Assembly: GCA_951406725.2 (NCBI GenBank)
Contig: OX597815.1
Coordinates: forward strand, 57,536,001-57,600,000
Origin: Octopus vulgaris
Taxonomy: Eukaryota
DNA: 64,000 bases
Reading direction: 5' to 3'
Numbering within the stretch: the stretch's first letter is position 1; each line of letters opens with the position of its first letter. The translations under genes and the position numbers were made by a program. The notes below the pieces were generated by a model. It worked only from the letters and a program-made list of their open reading frames with translations, made no database searches and was not told the origin of the DNA. Positions 13,337 through 26,555 of the stretch are shown piece after piece.

Positions 13337-13689
13337 TCTCTCTCTATATAAACGGCAGTTTGTCTGTGTGTGTTTCTGTGTGTCTGTTAGGTTGTACCCT
13401 CACCCTGACCACGGCTTTCAACCGATTCTGATGAAACTTGACACACACATAGCCCAATGTCATAATTCAAAACTAACGCAGCGAAAATTTTGAAAAGTTC
13501 CCCCAGGTCGAGAATCAGAAACCCAAACCACAGACCGTCTAGGGGACGCAACTCCACCTTTTTTAACTCTCAAAAAAATTTACCATCATTTTTTTTCCAT
13601 TTTTTTGCTATTTTTTGGCTATAACTCTCTAAAAATGCTTTATAGTTATTTCCCTTACAAACCTGAGCAACGCTGGGCGATACTGCTAG
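13337..13689 (+). mobile_element. Non-autonomous Helitron
   Basis: Starts TC after an A, ends CTAG before a T, no TSD; GC-rich subterminal hairpin remnant CCTGAGCAACGCTGGG ~10 nt before CTAG. Confidence 0.7.
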
Positions 13690-13760
13690 TGTTAAATAAA
13701 ATGAGACAACAAAGCCAAGGCAGTGTGAAATTTCTAGGACATTTTATAAAGAGAAAGGTA

Positions 13761-13808
13761 GTCTTACAGCTGTTTCAGGGATATAAATGATATCCTATCA
13801 TCAGAGAC
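13761..13808 (-). ncRNA. Type I hammerhead ribozyme (PLE-associated)
   Basis: GUCU-CUGAUGA-ua-GGAUAU cauuu AUAUCC-cu-GAAA-CAGCUG-UA-AGAC: canonical core, 4-bp stem I, 6-bp stem II, palindromic stem III, GUA cleavage triplet. Confidence 0.85.
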
Positions 13809-13899
13809 GATATGAGAGAGTTAAATAGAAGGAATTAGAGTGCAATATAAGAAGTAATTTTGGAAAGGGAGAGATATAGGAAGTATAAAGGGAAATATA

Positions 13900-15165
13900 C
13901 GAGGGGCGTTCAATAAGTAATGCCCCTGACCCACTTGCAGTTGTTTGATCTAGCTGAAATTTTGCATGTGCACTTATTTATACCTCTATAGATTAAGCGA
14001 ATTACAGCTCTGAACTAATTGTGGTTTCTGATTTACAGGTGTTTGAACTGAGTCAAGTGTGAAATAGAACCTGTTGAGTGTCGAACAGTGATCTGGTTTT
14101 TGTATTTGAAAGGATGCACACCACGGGAGACTTTTGATGAAATGAAAGTAACTTATGGTGATGATGCCCCATCATATGACCTTGTAAAACGCTGGCATTG
14201 TGAATTCAAACATAGTCGGAACTCTGTGGAAACAGCTCCCAGATCTGGTCGCCCCCTTCTGCCGTTGATGAGACGTCTGTCCGTCAAGTCGAGGCTGCCA
14301 TTTTGGAAGGTCAATGCATAACTATTCGCCAAATAGCCCATAAGGTCAAGATTAGTACCGGGTCTGTGGAAACTATCATTCATGACCATTTGCATATGCA
14401 AAAGGTGTCTGCCAGATGGATTTCCAGGTTGCTCACACCTTTCCAGAAGCAAGAACGCGTTGAGTGCTCGAGGATGAATTTGGAGATGTGCCAAGAAGAT
14501 GAGTCAAAATTTTTCAAAAGACTGATCACACAGGATAAAACCTGGGTCCATCACTATGATCCATAGACCAAAGCCCAGTCAATGCAGTGAAAGCACCGTG
14601 ACTCACCTCCTCCAAAGAAGGCAAATGTGCAGGCCTCCGCTGACAAGGTTATGCTCACAGTCTTCTGGGACCAGGATGGAGTAGTGATGACAGATTTCCT
14701 GGCAAAGGGTACCACAATTACAGGAGCCTATTATGCTTCACTTTTGATGAAATTAAGAGAAGCTATCAAAATCAAGAGGCGGGGCAAGATCAGCAAAGGC
14801 ATCCTCCTCCTGCAGGACCACGCTCTGGTCCACAACTCGCGTGTCGCCAGATCAGAAGCACAGGTGTGCAGCTATGAACTCCTCCCTTGCACCCTCTGAT
14901 TTTCACCTCTTCCCAGCCATGAAGTTGATTTTGAAAGGAAAGCGTTTCCCAGATGATGCAGCCTTGATTTCTGAAGTCACGTCGTGGTTGGAGGACCAAG
15001 CTGGGGTCTTCTACAAAAACGGTCTCCAGAGCTGTATCAAACGATGGGAGAAATGCATAACTCTGGGTAGTTCCTATGTAGGAAAAGACTAACAACTGTG
15101 CCAATTGTCGTTGCTCTACTGCTATGGGAAGTGGGTCAGGGGCATTACTTATTGAACGCCCCTCG
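13900..15165 (+). mobile_element. Mariner (DD34D) DNA transposon, full length but defective
   Basis: Perfect 37-bp TIRs CGAGGGGCGTTCAATAAGTAATGCCCCTGACCCACTT with TA TSDs (13898-99, 15166-67). Confidence 0.95.
14060..15092 (+). pseudogene. Mariner transposase pseudogene
   Basis: Fragments: HTH region (..PRSGRP, ARWISRLL), ITQDKTWVHHYDP, LLLQDHA, LAPSDFHLFP, RWEKCI; stops and frameshifts. Confidence 0.92.
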
Positions 15166-18100
15166 TAAGAATAAAAATATATGTTGGATGTTAAACTTGC
15201 AGTTCCATTATCCAAGAAATGTGTTGTGTAGAATGGGTAAAAAGGTTTCTTGTCTATGGTATGTAAGTTCCGATAGTAGTTCATGTTTTGTTATTACAAA
15301 ATGGATAGTATGCCGGTGTTAATTCCATGTGGTGTTCATTCAAAGGGATCTTGTAGTGTAAATGAAATTTTGAGAATAGAATAGATAAGTATTTTAGAAA
15401 GAAGAAAATTGGTATTGGTCTAAAGGATTGGAGGAGGAAAGAGGAAGAGAAAATGAACAAGGAGTGCTAGATGGTGGTCAGGATATTGTTGGAGGGTGGG
15501 AGGAGAGCTATCAGTAGATAAAAGGAATGAGAGGAGGGATAGAAGGAAGAAATAAGAATGTAAGGAAGGAATATGTGTGAGAAGTGGGAGGTGGGGCAAT
15601 ATGTTTGACAGGCATTAAGCTAGAGGAATAGATAAAGAATGTGGTATGGAGGGGAGTACTAAAAGTGAGTAGGAAATCTAAAAAAGGAAGGGAAGAATAA
15701 GAAAATATAATGGTCAAGTTTCTAAAAATAGATGTAGGCATTTATATGAGGTCAGAGATTGTACTAGCTTAAGTGATAGTGGGGACTGATAAATCAGTGA
15801 GAGGAAGAAAAATATGTATATAGAAGTGCTCATGCACACATATAAATGTGTATATGCAGTACTATATAGGACCACATACACATATAACTTCCATTAACTT
15901 GAGTCCATTAACCCAAAAATTTCATAAAAACCGGTAAATGTTTAAAACTTTCTATTGCTTTCATATTTTCTTAGCATATTTAATATTGTACCTGTCATTC
16001 TTTCAACCCCGATATAATGTCACTTATTATTATAATATATTAAACATTGCATACATTCCTTTGATATTCTAGCATTTGCATAACCAAATTATATTTTCAA
16101 TATTGTAAGATACAATTTGTTAATTAGATACATGTTTTGTAATAATTTCAAATATTTATATTGTTTAAGATTTTAGGTGATAGCATCTCAGAAACTTCAA
16201 TCTGTTGATATCATTGAGGTTGAAACTGCCAGTGTCGCTATAAAATCAGTAAAGAATCCACTGACAAAATTTCAAATCTGTATGTAAAAAAATTTACAAA
16301 GTTACAAGTAAATATTGTGGACACCCCTATTGAACCTGAATAATTCAAAATAACGTGAACAAATAAGCCTTACATTTGACAGATTAATATGAACATTAAA
16401 TCGTTTTTAGGTGTTTTTTTTCCTTACACACATACACACACACACACATAACATGGCCTCATTTGGTTGGGACTACACGTGTGTTACTTTGACATCATCA
16501 TTCCATAAAATTTGTTTATATGAAGAAAAATATTGAAAAATATCAATAGATGTGTGAGTAAGAAAGAAAATAGGAGGGAGGTTTGGGGATGTGCTAGAAC
16601 CAACAGCCAAATCTCCCTTAAATCACACATTTTCCCCTGAAATCATTAACAGTTTTTATAAAACCAAAAATGTTTCTCTCATGGGTTTTAAGTGTATAGC
16701 AGAAAAAAAATAGCCAAAATCATTTCAGACTGGAGTGGTAAGGGGGTCGTGAGAGTGAAAAAAAAATTTCTTAGTGTTTTCTTTTTTTTTTGTGAAAAGA
16801 TGCTTCCCATCATTCTGAAGATTTTGGTGTAAAACATTGGAAAGAATCCCTGTCAAAACAGAAATTCCAACTTATGTGGGCTGTCTGATGCAAAACTCCA
16901 TTTTTCAGAAATACTTCCCACATGCCCCCTTCCAAAAATTTTGCCTACAAATTTCTTTGTAATCATAATGTATTTGTATAAAATTTCATTAAAACATACC
17001 TATTTTCCAGAAAGTAATGAGGGGGAAAATGTTGGGTCCTGTGAATTTTCCGAAACTCCTCTCCCCAACCCCTTGGAAAACTTTTCCAATAAATTTTTAC
17101 ATACACTCAATCTGCAAGATATAAGTGATTATTTGGTGGAAGTTTTGTTAAAATGTATCGATTTTTCTGGAAGTTATGAAGCAACAAAGTTGGTGGTGTA
17201 TTAAACTGTAATTATTCCTTTTTTTTCAATAAAATTTAACATTAATGGATTAACATTAGCTTCTGTTATATTTTCAAAAAATTAACAGGTTAACAAAGTT
17301 ACTTTTTCGATTAACGGTGCCCAACTCTGCATATATACTAGACTTATTACCCAGCATTGCCCGGTAAAGTATTCATGGAATTGTTTGTCAGTTTGTCAGA
17401 GGGTAGATTGGTTTATGTTATTAACATTATTATTATTGTTGTTGTTATTATTATTTCTTTTGCTGTTATTTTTTATCCTATCTAGAGTACGAGTATTCTG
17501 GATCATGTTAGTAGGATTGGTTGGGTTTTCATTAAGGTGTAAAGTATTGGGTTTGATATTGGAGCTATGTATGTGTTGGGCGCTCATGTATTCAGAGTTA
17601 TTTCAGTGTATATTTTGATAATAGAGAAAGTTTTCGTCTATTAGAAGCTGTTACAACAGACTCAAAGTTGGGCAGGAAAGAGTGGGCTAGCTTTAAAGTA
17701 GATCATTTAAAGACAGAGTAATTATGTTGATGAGGGAAGTTGGAGTCTAATATATTAAAAAAGGATTTGGCTAAGTTCTTAATATTCAATGAGAAGAGGG
17801 GTGTATACCATAGAATAGAGCGTCCACTTCTTTTTTTGTTTGCTTGTGGGTAGTCTGACCTGTATTTTAGAAATTGGAGTGAGGTTATATAGCCCGTTAT
17901 TATTAGCTGTTTTAGCTTTTGACCTAGTGTTATATGTGTGCATGTGGGGTCTAAGCTGTCTTAATCTATGTTCTGGTATAGTGCGTGTATGGTCTGTTAT
18001 GATGGTTAGCATGTCATGGTGATATGACTTGAGATATATATTGCTTGAGCTTAGTATTAGAGATGTATTTTATTTACTGGGGGAAGCTACTGGAAGCAAG

Positions 18101-18394
18101 CGCCTGGTTGTAGTAAGGTGCATGGTTATTGAATATTTCTTCAGTGATTGAGTGGTCAGATATATGAATCAAAATATCCTTTGGGGAGTATTGAGAGGTT
18201 TCTAAGTTTAAAGTAATGTCTAAAAAATTAGCAGTTTTATGCGAATTCTCAAAAGTAATGGATAGGTTAAGGTTGGAGAAGAATTTGTGTAGATTTTTCC
18301 TAATTCATTCTAAAGAAGATTTACTGCTCTCTTGAAATTTCACTCTGCCTTGGCTTTGTTGTCTCATTTTATTTAACATTATATATATATAATG

Positions 18395-18770
18395 TGAAAG
18401 CACATGGATCAGTGGTTAGAGCATCAAGCTTATGATTGTGAGGTTGTGAGTTTGATTCCTGGATGAGGCTGCATGTTGTGTTCTTGAGCACAACACTTTA
18501 TTTCATGTTTCTCCAGTTCACTCAGCTGTAGAAATGAGTTGCAATGTCATTGGTGCCAAGCTGTATTGGCCTTTGCCTTTCCATTGGATAACATAGGTGG
18601 CATGGAGAGGGGAGGCTGGTATGCATGGGCGACTACTGGTCTTCCATAAAAAAAAAAACAGCACTAGGTTGTGCATTCACCAGTGACGTGACTTTCTGCC
18701 CAGACTTGTACCTCAGAGGGGAACTTCTTAGGTGCACCCATGGCCATTCATGACCAATGGAGTCGAAAGT
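18395..18770 (+). mobile_element. tRNA-derived SINE
   Basis: A-box/B-box-like head TGGATCAGTGGTTAGAGCA..GAGTTTGATTCC, then TGTGTTCTTGAGC..ACACTTTATTTCA..CTCAGCTGTAGAAATG. Confidence 0.65.
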
Positions 18771-19283
18771 TTATATATAAGGATATATATATTCCTTTTC
18801 ATGATGATCATCATCATTTTAATAGCCAATTTTCCATGCTTGCATGATCTGGATGGAATTTACTCAAGTAGATTTTCTATGGCTAGATGCCTTCACTGTC
18901 ACCAAACCTCACCTGATTCCAAGCAAGGTAATATTTTCCCATGGCCAGATATGTTTCCACTGAATATTAGAAACTAATAACATTGCTTGTATGACAGTGA
19001 CTCCCATTTATAACTATCATGTGATGGCAAGACAAGGGGACATAAACATATATACACTCACACACATACATATATACATAAATCCAGAACCACGTGATTG
19101 AGAAGCAAGCTTCTTACCTAACAGACATGCCTGCACCTTTCCAGGATATATATTGGTTAACAGTTGACTGCAGACTAAAAACAGACAACATTAATACAAT
19201 TTTATAATTTTGCTATTCTCATGGACTCAAATCTCTTCCCTTAAGTCTCTAATTGCATTCTTTAACAATTCTGTTCTTTATAG

Positions 19284-19355
19284 GTGTGTTACTTCATGTA
19301 TGGCACTAAAGATGTTTTGGAACGAGAATGCCATGATCTTCAAAAAAAATTAACA
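19284..19355 (+). CDS. DGKE: DGKE-like internal exon
   Basis: ttctttatAG acceptor and GTAAGT donor, 72 nt, phase 0; encodes VCYFMYGTKDVLERECHDLQKKLT, matching DGKE [24 protein letters not shown]. Confidence 0.92.
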
Positions 19356-19409
19356 GTAAGTATTCTTTAATGCTCAACAGATTATTATTATCATCGTCGT
19401 CATCGTCAA

Positions 19410-22256
19410 CAAATGACAGTAACCTTCTGTTTGTGGCTGGTGACTTCAATGGACATGTTGGGCAATGTCTAGGTGGCTTCCATGGTGTGCATGGTGGCAA
19501 TGGAGTTGGTTCCTGCAATGAAGAGGGAACCTGGCTGCTGGAGTTCTGTGATGCAAATGATGTTATGATCTGCAATACTAACTTCAGGAAACCTGCTTGT
19601 CACTTATTAACCTATAAATCTCGTGGGCACATTAGTCAGATGGACTACATTCTTGCCAGAAAATAGGAAAGATGATTGCTTATAAATGCCAAGACTTTCC
19701 CAGGTGAAGAATGCACCACTCAACATAGATTAGTAGTTAGCGACTTCAGAATCAAGGCTAGAAGTCTGCCTAGAAGACAACCAGTGTGAAAAAGAAAGGT
19801 CTGGAAGCTTAAGGATCCTCTGAATGGTCTGAGATTTAGAGACTTGTCACTTGAAGCATTTGATGAAACAGAGGAGGATATAGTGAAATATAACGTGAAG
19901 GACAACTGGAGGTTCCTACAGGACAACCTGCTGAGGGCCACAGACCAAATTTGTGGCTAGCACAAAGTCCCTTCTCGACCTCAGGTGACATGATGGTAGA
20001 ACAGTGTAGTTGTCAGGGCCATTAGGGAAAAGAAAAAGACCTGGGAGGACTGGAAGTGTAGTGATAGCAGAGAACTGTATCAGATAGCCAGAAGGGAAGC
20101 TATGTAGCCAGGGGAGAAGCAGAAAAGAAATTTGCCAATATTCTGTGACATGAGGACCAGAAACTTGATGTGTTTTAGATTGCAAAACAGTGTGTGAGAG
20201 AAAATTGTGATGTCATAGGATGATGGTTCACTTGCAGTTAGTGCTTCTGCAAAGAAGGAACCTTGGAAATGTCATTATGAAAGGCTGTTAAATGTAGAAA
20301 ATGCATGGGAAAAGGAGAGTCTACATAATGTAGACTCAGCAGAGGGACTAGCTATCCAAATTGATAGTAGCTTGGTAGATAAAGCAATTAAGAATATGAA
20401 AACAAGGAAAGCCCCCAGCCCATCAGGAATCACTGCTGATATGCTTAAAATATCTGGTGGAGTTGGATATGGCCTAGTCATCCATATAGTTAATGGGGTT
20501 GTCCATAAAGGAGTCATACCCAACGAGTGGTGTAGCAGCACCATAGTCAGCTGCTACAAAGGTAAAGATGATGCCTTAGGCAGAAATAATTACACAGAGA
20601 TATCAAACTGCTGGACTAGGTAAGAAAGATACAGAGAGGGTTGTAGCTCAAATTAGGAAAAGAGTTAGATTAGATGAGATGTGGTTTGGTTTCGTGCCTA
20701 GGAGAGGCATAACTGATGCTATGTTCCTGATAAGGCAACTGCAGGAGGAGTATTTAGAAAAAAATAAACTTCTGTACTTGGCTTTTGTTGATATGGAGAA
20801 AGCTTTTGACAGGGTCCTCTGCTCCCTTATCTGGTGACCTATGTGGAAGCTAGGGATAGATGAGTGGTTAGTGAGAACTGCACAAGCCATGTACGGAGAT
20901 GGTGTCAGTAAAGTGAAGGTTAGCAACAAGTATAGCAATGAATTTAAAGTACAGCTAGAAGTTCACCAAGCATTAGTTCTCAGCCCCATCTTTTTTATCA
21001 TAGTCCTGCAGGCTATAACAGAAGATTTAAAGACTGGCTGCCCCTGGGATCTCCTCTACGCTGATGATTTTGTTCTTATAGCTGAATCAACACCTGACAT
21101 ACAGAAGAAATTTTAAGTGTGGAAGCAAAGCCTGAAATTTAAGGGCCTTAGAGTTAATTTAGCAAAAACCAAAGTAAATAGGAAAACAGACAAGTCCCTT
21201 CAGGGAGATGACCCTGCTCAATATGTAAGAAGGGTATTGGTAGAAACTCCATAAGTTATACCCAGTGCAAGCTTTGGACACATAAGAGGTATAGCAGTAT
21301 CACAGGAAGGTTAACAGAGAAAATAGTCTTTGTGAATGGCAAATGTGTGGGCACAATAAGTACTGAAAATGTGCAGACAATAGACTGCCTCAAATGCTTG
21401 GAGTATCGTTAGAAGTAGTAGATAGCTTCTGTTATCTAGGCAACAAATTTAGTTGAGGAGGGGGAGTTCTGAAAGTGTAATTGTTAGAATAAGAATGGGC
21501 TGGGCAAAGTTCAGAGAGCTTATACCTTTGAAACTAAGGACCTCTCTCTCAGAATGAAAGGCAGATTGTACGATGCCTCTGTATGTACAGCTATGCTTCA
21601 CAGCAGTGAAACATGGGCTGTGACCACAGAAGACTTGCAATGGCTTGAAAGAAATGAAGCTAGCATGCTCTGCTGGATGGGTTATGTCAGTGTGCACACA
21701 ACAGAATGTAAATGATTTAAGAGGAAAACTGGATATAATAGGCATCAGATGTTGTGTGCAAGAGAGAAGGCTGTGCTGGTTTGGTCATGTGATGTGTATG
21801 GATGAGGATAGCTGTGTAAAGGAGTGCTGATTTCTAATTATGGCAGAAACCTCTGGAAGAGGTAGACCCAGGAAGACATGGGACAAAATGGTGAGAAAGG
21901 ATCTTTGAAAGCTGGACTTCACTGAGAAAATGATAAGGGACTGAGAGTTGTGGTAATTTACTGCACTTGAGAAGATGTGTCAAGCTAAGTAAAATCACAG
22001 TCATCCATACCTACAGGCATGTCCTTTACAGGTGCCAGCACCACATAACATGCTCTTGTGTCAGGGCTCCATGAACACACCTATACTGGTGGCATGTAAA
22101 AAGCACCCAGCACACTCTGTAAAGTGGTTGGCATTAGGAAGGGCGTCTAGCCATAGAAACCATGCCACAACAGACAATTGTAGTCTGGACAGCTTTTCAG
22201 CTGGTCAGCTCCATGTCAAACCATGCAACCCATGCCAACATGGAAAACGGACATGA
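19410..22256 (+). mobile_element. Decayed RTE-clade LINE (endonuclease C-terminal half, RT, 3' tail)
   Basis: VAGDFNGHVG..QMDYIL (APE); KAPSPSGI, FVDMEKAFD, VHQALVLSP, LLYADD (RT); ERRLCWFGHV; RTE tail followed by (TTG)n. Confidence 0.9.
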
Positions 22257-22899
22257 AGTTATTATTGTTGTTGTTGTTGTTGTTATTGCTGCTGCTGCTG
22301 CTGCCATACTGTAAAATCACAGAAATTTGAAGTTCCGTAAGTTGAAATAGTGTTTGTAATCTTAATCTTTTTGGTCTTCTAAGATTCTGCGTTTTCATTT
22401 TTATTGCTACCATTGCATTTCTGAGATTGCCTGGACTGCACTGATAGTATTTTTGTGTAGAAACATCCACTGTTTTGCAGGGGATGCACATAAGTTATTT
22501 TTAAAATTTTAACTACATTTAGCAAAAGCAAATATTTTACAATTTTCATTAATTATTTAAAGATGGAAAATAAAGAAGCCGTCATAATGTTCAACAACAG
22601 GGTGTGTTCCTTGTCAGAGAAGAATGAGAACAAAGATGTTGAATGGCTTACACTTAATGACATAACCGAGGCAAATACTGTTTTGTCTCTAAGCAACGTC
22701 ATAACTTTCAGTGACAAAGACAATAGCAATAACAACAACAACAGGAACAGCAATACTAAAGAAATGAAACTTAGAAACATGAATATTGCTACTGCTGCCA
22801 CAACCACCTCTACTACAATGATTTCTTTGCAATTGTGGTGAGAAATTTGGAAAATTTCTGCATAGATGAAGAAGATTTAAAAATGGCTAGGAAATTTGT

Positions 22900-23750
22900 T
22901 AAAAGGAATGGGAAAAGAGTGGCCCTAAACCCTCCTCCAACATCATACACAATATCTTGAGATGCATGGTCACATACTGCTGCATTGGAGTAAAATCTCA
23001 GTAGTTGGAAAATGCGTCTGAGAGTAAAATACAAAAATACCTTGAGCGCGTGTGGGAACAGAAGACCCACATTACCTGAGGAAAGAAGTTTGGAACTATT
23101 GAGGTGAAATTTGGGAAGAAAAAGAAGCCAAGTGTCATTCTGCAACCAACACCTTGCTAAGATTAGAATGTTGAACATGCCACCAGAAATATCCACCTGG
23201 TTAGTGGTGGCCATCTTGACAGGTTTAGATGAAGAAAATGCTGGGAGGTCAAGAAAATACCAAAACAAAACTGGTCGGGTATAGGTATAGAACTGACCCT
23301 ACAATGTAAGCAAGCCCATATCAACCAGCTGCCCTATCTTACCGATCTCCCAGATAGTACTCACCTGTCATTGTTAGTGGTGGGTAGACAATCAAGATGC
23401 TACATATGTGAATCTGTAACTCACTTAAAGGCTTTCTGCCCTGAAACAAAAATTAAACTCCCACTGCTGTCAACACTACAAACACCACAAGTACAAAATC
23501 ATGAAGAAGTGCTCAGGACTCCTACTCTTCCACCCATATCCATGTTCACACCCAAACCAAGAGAAAGAAGGAGTCTACTCCTGGTTGCTATGGAAAAGCA
23601 AGCTTCTCCTGAACGCTGCCTCCCAAACCAAAATAAGCTGCAATGACATCGAGAAAGAAGAGCTGAATGAACAATGGATCACTGAGACAAAAGGGGATAG
23701 GCGAAAGAGAAATAGAGTACACAGCCCTACACCAAGAATTCAACAAAATA
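22900..23750 (+). pseudogene. Decayed gag-like/ORF1 remnant with CCHC zinc knuckle (retroelement-derived)
   Basis: VVGRQSRCYICESVTHLKAFCP = CX2CX4HX4C, in ORF 23371-23646. Confidence 0.5.
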
Positions 23751-23754
23751 TACA

Positions 23755-23917
23755 GGTGTGGGAGTGGCTGTGTGGTAAGTAGCTTGCTTACCAACCACAT
23801 GGTTCTGCGTTCAGTCCCACTGCGTGGCACCTTGGGCAAGTGTCTTCTACTGTAGCCTCGGGCTGACCAAAGCCTTGTGAGTGGATTTGGTAGACAAAAA
23901 CTGAAAGAGGCCCGTCG

Positions 23918-23967
<50 letters not shown>

Positions 23968-24170
23968 CATTTGTGTGTCTGTGTTTGTGCCCCCAACATC
24001 GTTTGACAACTGATGCTGGTGTGTTTACGTCCCCATAACTTAGCGGTTCGGCAAAGAGACTGCTAGAGTAAGTACTAGGCTTCCAAAGAATAAGTCCTGG
24101 GGGCGATTTGCTGGACTAAAGGCAGTGCTCCAGCATGGCTGCAGTCAAATGACTGAAACAAATAAAAGAG
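23755..24170 (+). mobile_element. Full-length tRNA-derived SINE with internal TA/TG microsatellite and LINE-derived tail
   Basis: Head GGAGTGGCTGTGTGGTAAGTAGCTTGC..GTTCAGTCCC; tail GGCAGTGCTCCAGCATGGCTGCAGTCAAATGACTGAAAC; second copy at 39025-39402 (-). Confidence 0.85.
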
Positions 24171-24817
24171 AAACCACAACTGCAACACAATTCACAACCA
24201 CTCCAACAAAAACAAGAACAACAATTTCAAAAATAGCAACATCATGCTGTTGTTGACAACAACATGAAATCACAGGAATGCAGAAGCAACCAATTACGAA
24301 ACTTCAAAAACAAGAATATTCCTCAGACTGTAGGCGAAATGTATCCATCAATTTCACTGTTGCGAGTGAGTGCAACAGTGAATTGATGAATTTGTTAGTC
24401 AAAACAAAATAGAGACAGAGGGAAAGGAATTTGAGGATTTCATACTCAAATTCCCAAAGGACAGACTTCTAATTAAAATGGTGTCAAACGTTTATAAAAT
24501 TAGAGAAAAATTCTCATGTAGTGTGGGGATTTTAAAAAAACACCAATTGATAAAGGGCTGTTGGAAGTGCATTTTAAAAACTTTTGGCCAGTAGAGAGGC
24601 CCAGAACTTCCAGGCTTCTTGAAAGTCGAGGTGAGTAGCATCTTTTTCTTTCTCCATGTAGCATGACTATCTGAGATTGGGAACACATTCTAGCATCCAT
24701 TTTTGAGGACAATGAGGTATTCTCATCTTGTATGTACATGTGTATATATATATATATATTTCGTTTTGGATTTGGTTTGCAAGATTCTTTATATGAGTTC
24801 GTGTGTTGAAGCATATT

Positions 24818-26555
24818 CTGTTGTGTCTGGGGAGAGTCATTTTCTTTTAGTGCCTTATTATTTAACACACTCACCGGTAAAATTTCAACTTATTTCTTAT
24901 TTTTATTTTCTAAAATTTTCATTGCATGTTGCAACCGTTTCAATAGTCTTAACTCTGTCCGTTATTTTCACTGCGTTCCCTTTTGTTTGTTTGTGCACAT
25001 GTGTGTGGGTCAGTGGGTCAGTATGTGTATGTGCCTATACATGCATGCATGTATGTATGTATGTATGTGTGTGTTTGCATGTGTATGTATGTATATATGT
25101 GTGTGTATGCATATGTATGTATGTATGTGTGTGCATCTGTATGTACGTATCCTGCATATTTATGTGCTTGCCTGTCCGTGTTTGTGTATTTTCTATGTAT
25201 GTGTGTGTGAGCATGTGTTTGTATATGTATGCACCTCTGTCTCCTTGTGTGTGCATGTTATGTAACTATGTACCATGTTTGTGTGTATGGATGTGCATCT
25301 TTATATGTGTGGATCCGTGTCTCCATATGTGTGTGTTCATATAGTCTATATACCTATCCGTCTGTATATTGATCTGTTTATTTACATATCAAATGCTTAC
25401 ATACAGAAATTAAAAAAAAAAAAAAAAAATACAAACTAAAAAATATTTAAAAAATAACAAAAAAACCAAAAAAATTATAATGATTAAAAAAAGGCATACA
25501 TACACTCACACCCCAAACACATACATTTATCTACCTAACAGTCCACTAACTATTCTACTCTACCTGTGTAAACTGTGGGTATGGAGGTATGGTATTTATT
25601 GTGTATATTTCCTATTTAATATTGGGGAGGTTTCATTTATAAGCACGTACTCCCGTATTTGTTTGAGTGTTGGGTCTTTTGGGTGCTTGGATAAGATGTG
25701 GATGTCAAGTTGACCCAAGTTACCTCCATGGTGGTCTTTGGCATGTTCGTAGAGTATGGAGGACTATTTTCTGTTGTCATATTGTCTTAGACGTTCATTT
25801 ATCCGTTCCGCAATGCTCCTAGACGTCTCCTCTATGTACATCATGTTCACGTTCTTACAAGCACCCTCTATGCATCTTATGCTGTAAACTACATTTCGAG
25901 TTCTACAGTTAATACCAGGGCTAATTCTACATACCATGCAGTTATCATTGGTGCATATGGTATTCTTAAACAGGTACGTCCTACATAGTTGTGATCTGAT
26001 GGAGTTCCCTGACTTTTCAACAATTTTAATGTTGAGTTTGGTCTCCTTCAGAGCTTTTCTAAATCTACGGGCTAGTTCTCCATGGGCCGTGGCCTCTACA
26101 AACATTACTCCTTGATATTTGTTGGTTTTATACCATGTGTTCACCCTGTTTGCTTTGTCACAAGTTCTTTGTATTCTATTCCATTCTTTGTTTCTATATC
26201 TAGGGCAGGTACCACTGGTATCATTACGTATAATGTTATCTAATTGCTCTCTAGCCCCCACCCCCATATTCATGAACCCTATCTTTCTGATCATATCCAG
26301 AGAACTGCATGCGGTGTATGAAGTTCTGTATATGTTTCTTCGTTTCATAGGGTTTGCATAGTGGGGACACATTGTTCATTATTCTAACTAGGTCTGCTAT
26401 TAGTATGTTAATTTTCATGTTGTGTGACAAAGCTGAGTTCTTGTGAACAACATATTTTGAAGTTACAGGTTTCATGTAATAAGAGTGGAGGAGCTGCACT
26501 CTATTGTTCACATTCTCTAACCTAAGATCAGTATCAAGTACAGGGAGTCTATTGT
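24818..26555 (-). mobile_element. Inverted partial copy of the adjacent Penelope-like element
   Basis: Near-identical reverse complement of 27275-28957; ORFs 26251-26688 and 25764-26372 repeat the RT C-terminal and GIY-YIG peptides. Confidence 0.88.

Larger units (their letters stand above)
13690..18380 (-). mobile_element. 5'-truncated Penelope-like element interrupted by a mariner and other insertions, with a short inverted copy of its 3' end
   Basis: Minus-strand RT C-terminal remnant KFFSNLNLSITFENSHKTANFLDITLNL..EEIFNNHAPYYNQAL (~18300-18080); 3' end with hammerhead at 13761-13808; 18335-18380 is an inverted copy of 13690-13735. Confidence 0.7.

Noticed and set aside
23755-23830. tRNA gene-like sequences (also ~18400 and ~39330)
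   Set aside because: SINE heads continuous with SINE bodies; no complete cloverleaf.
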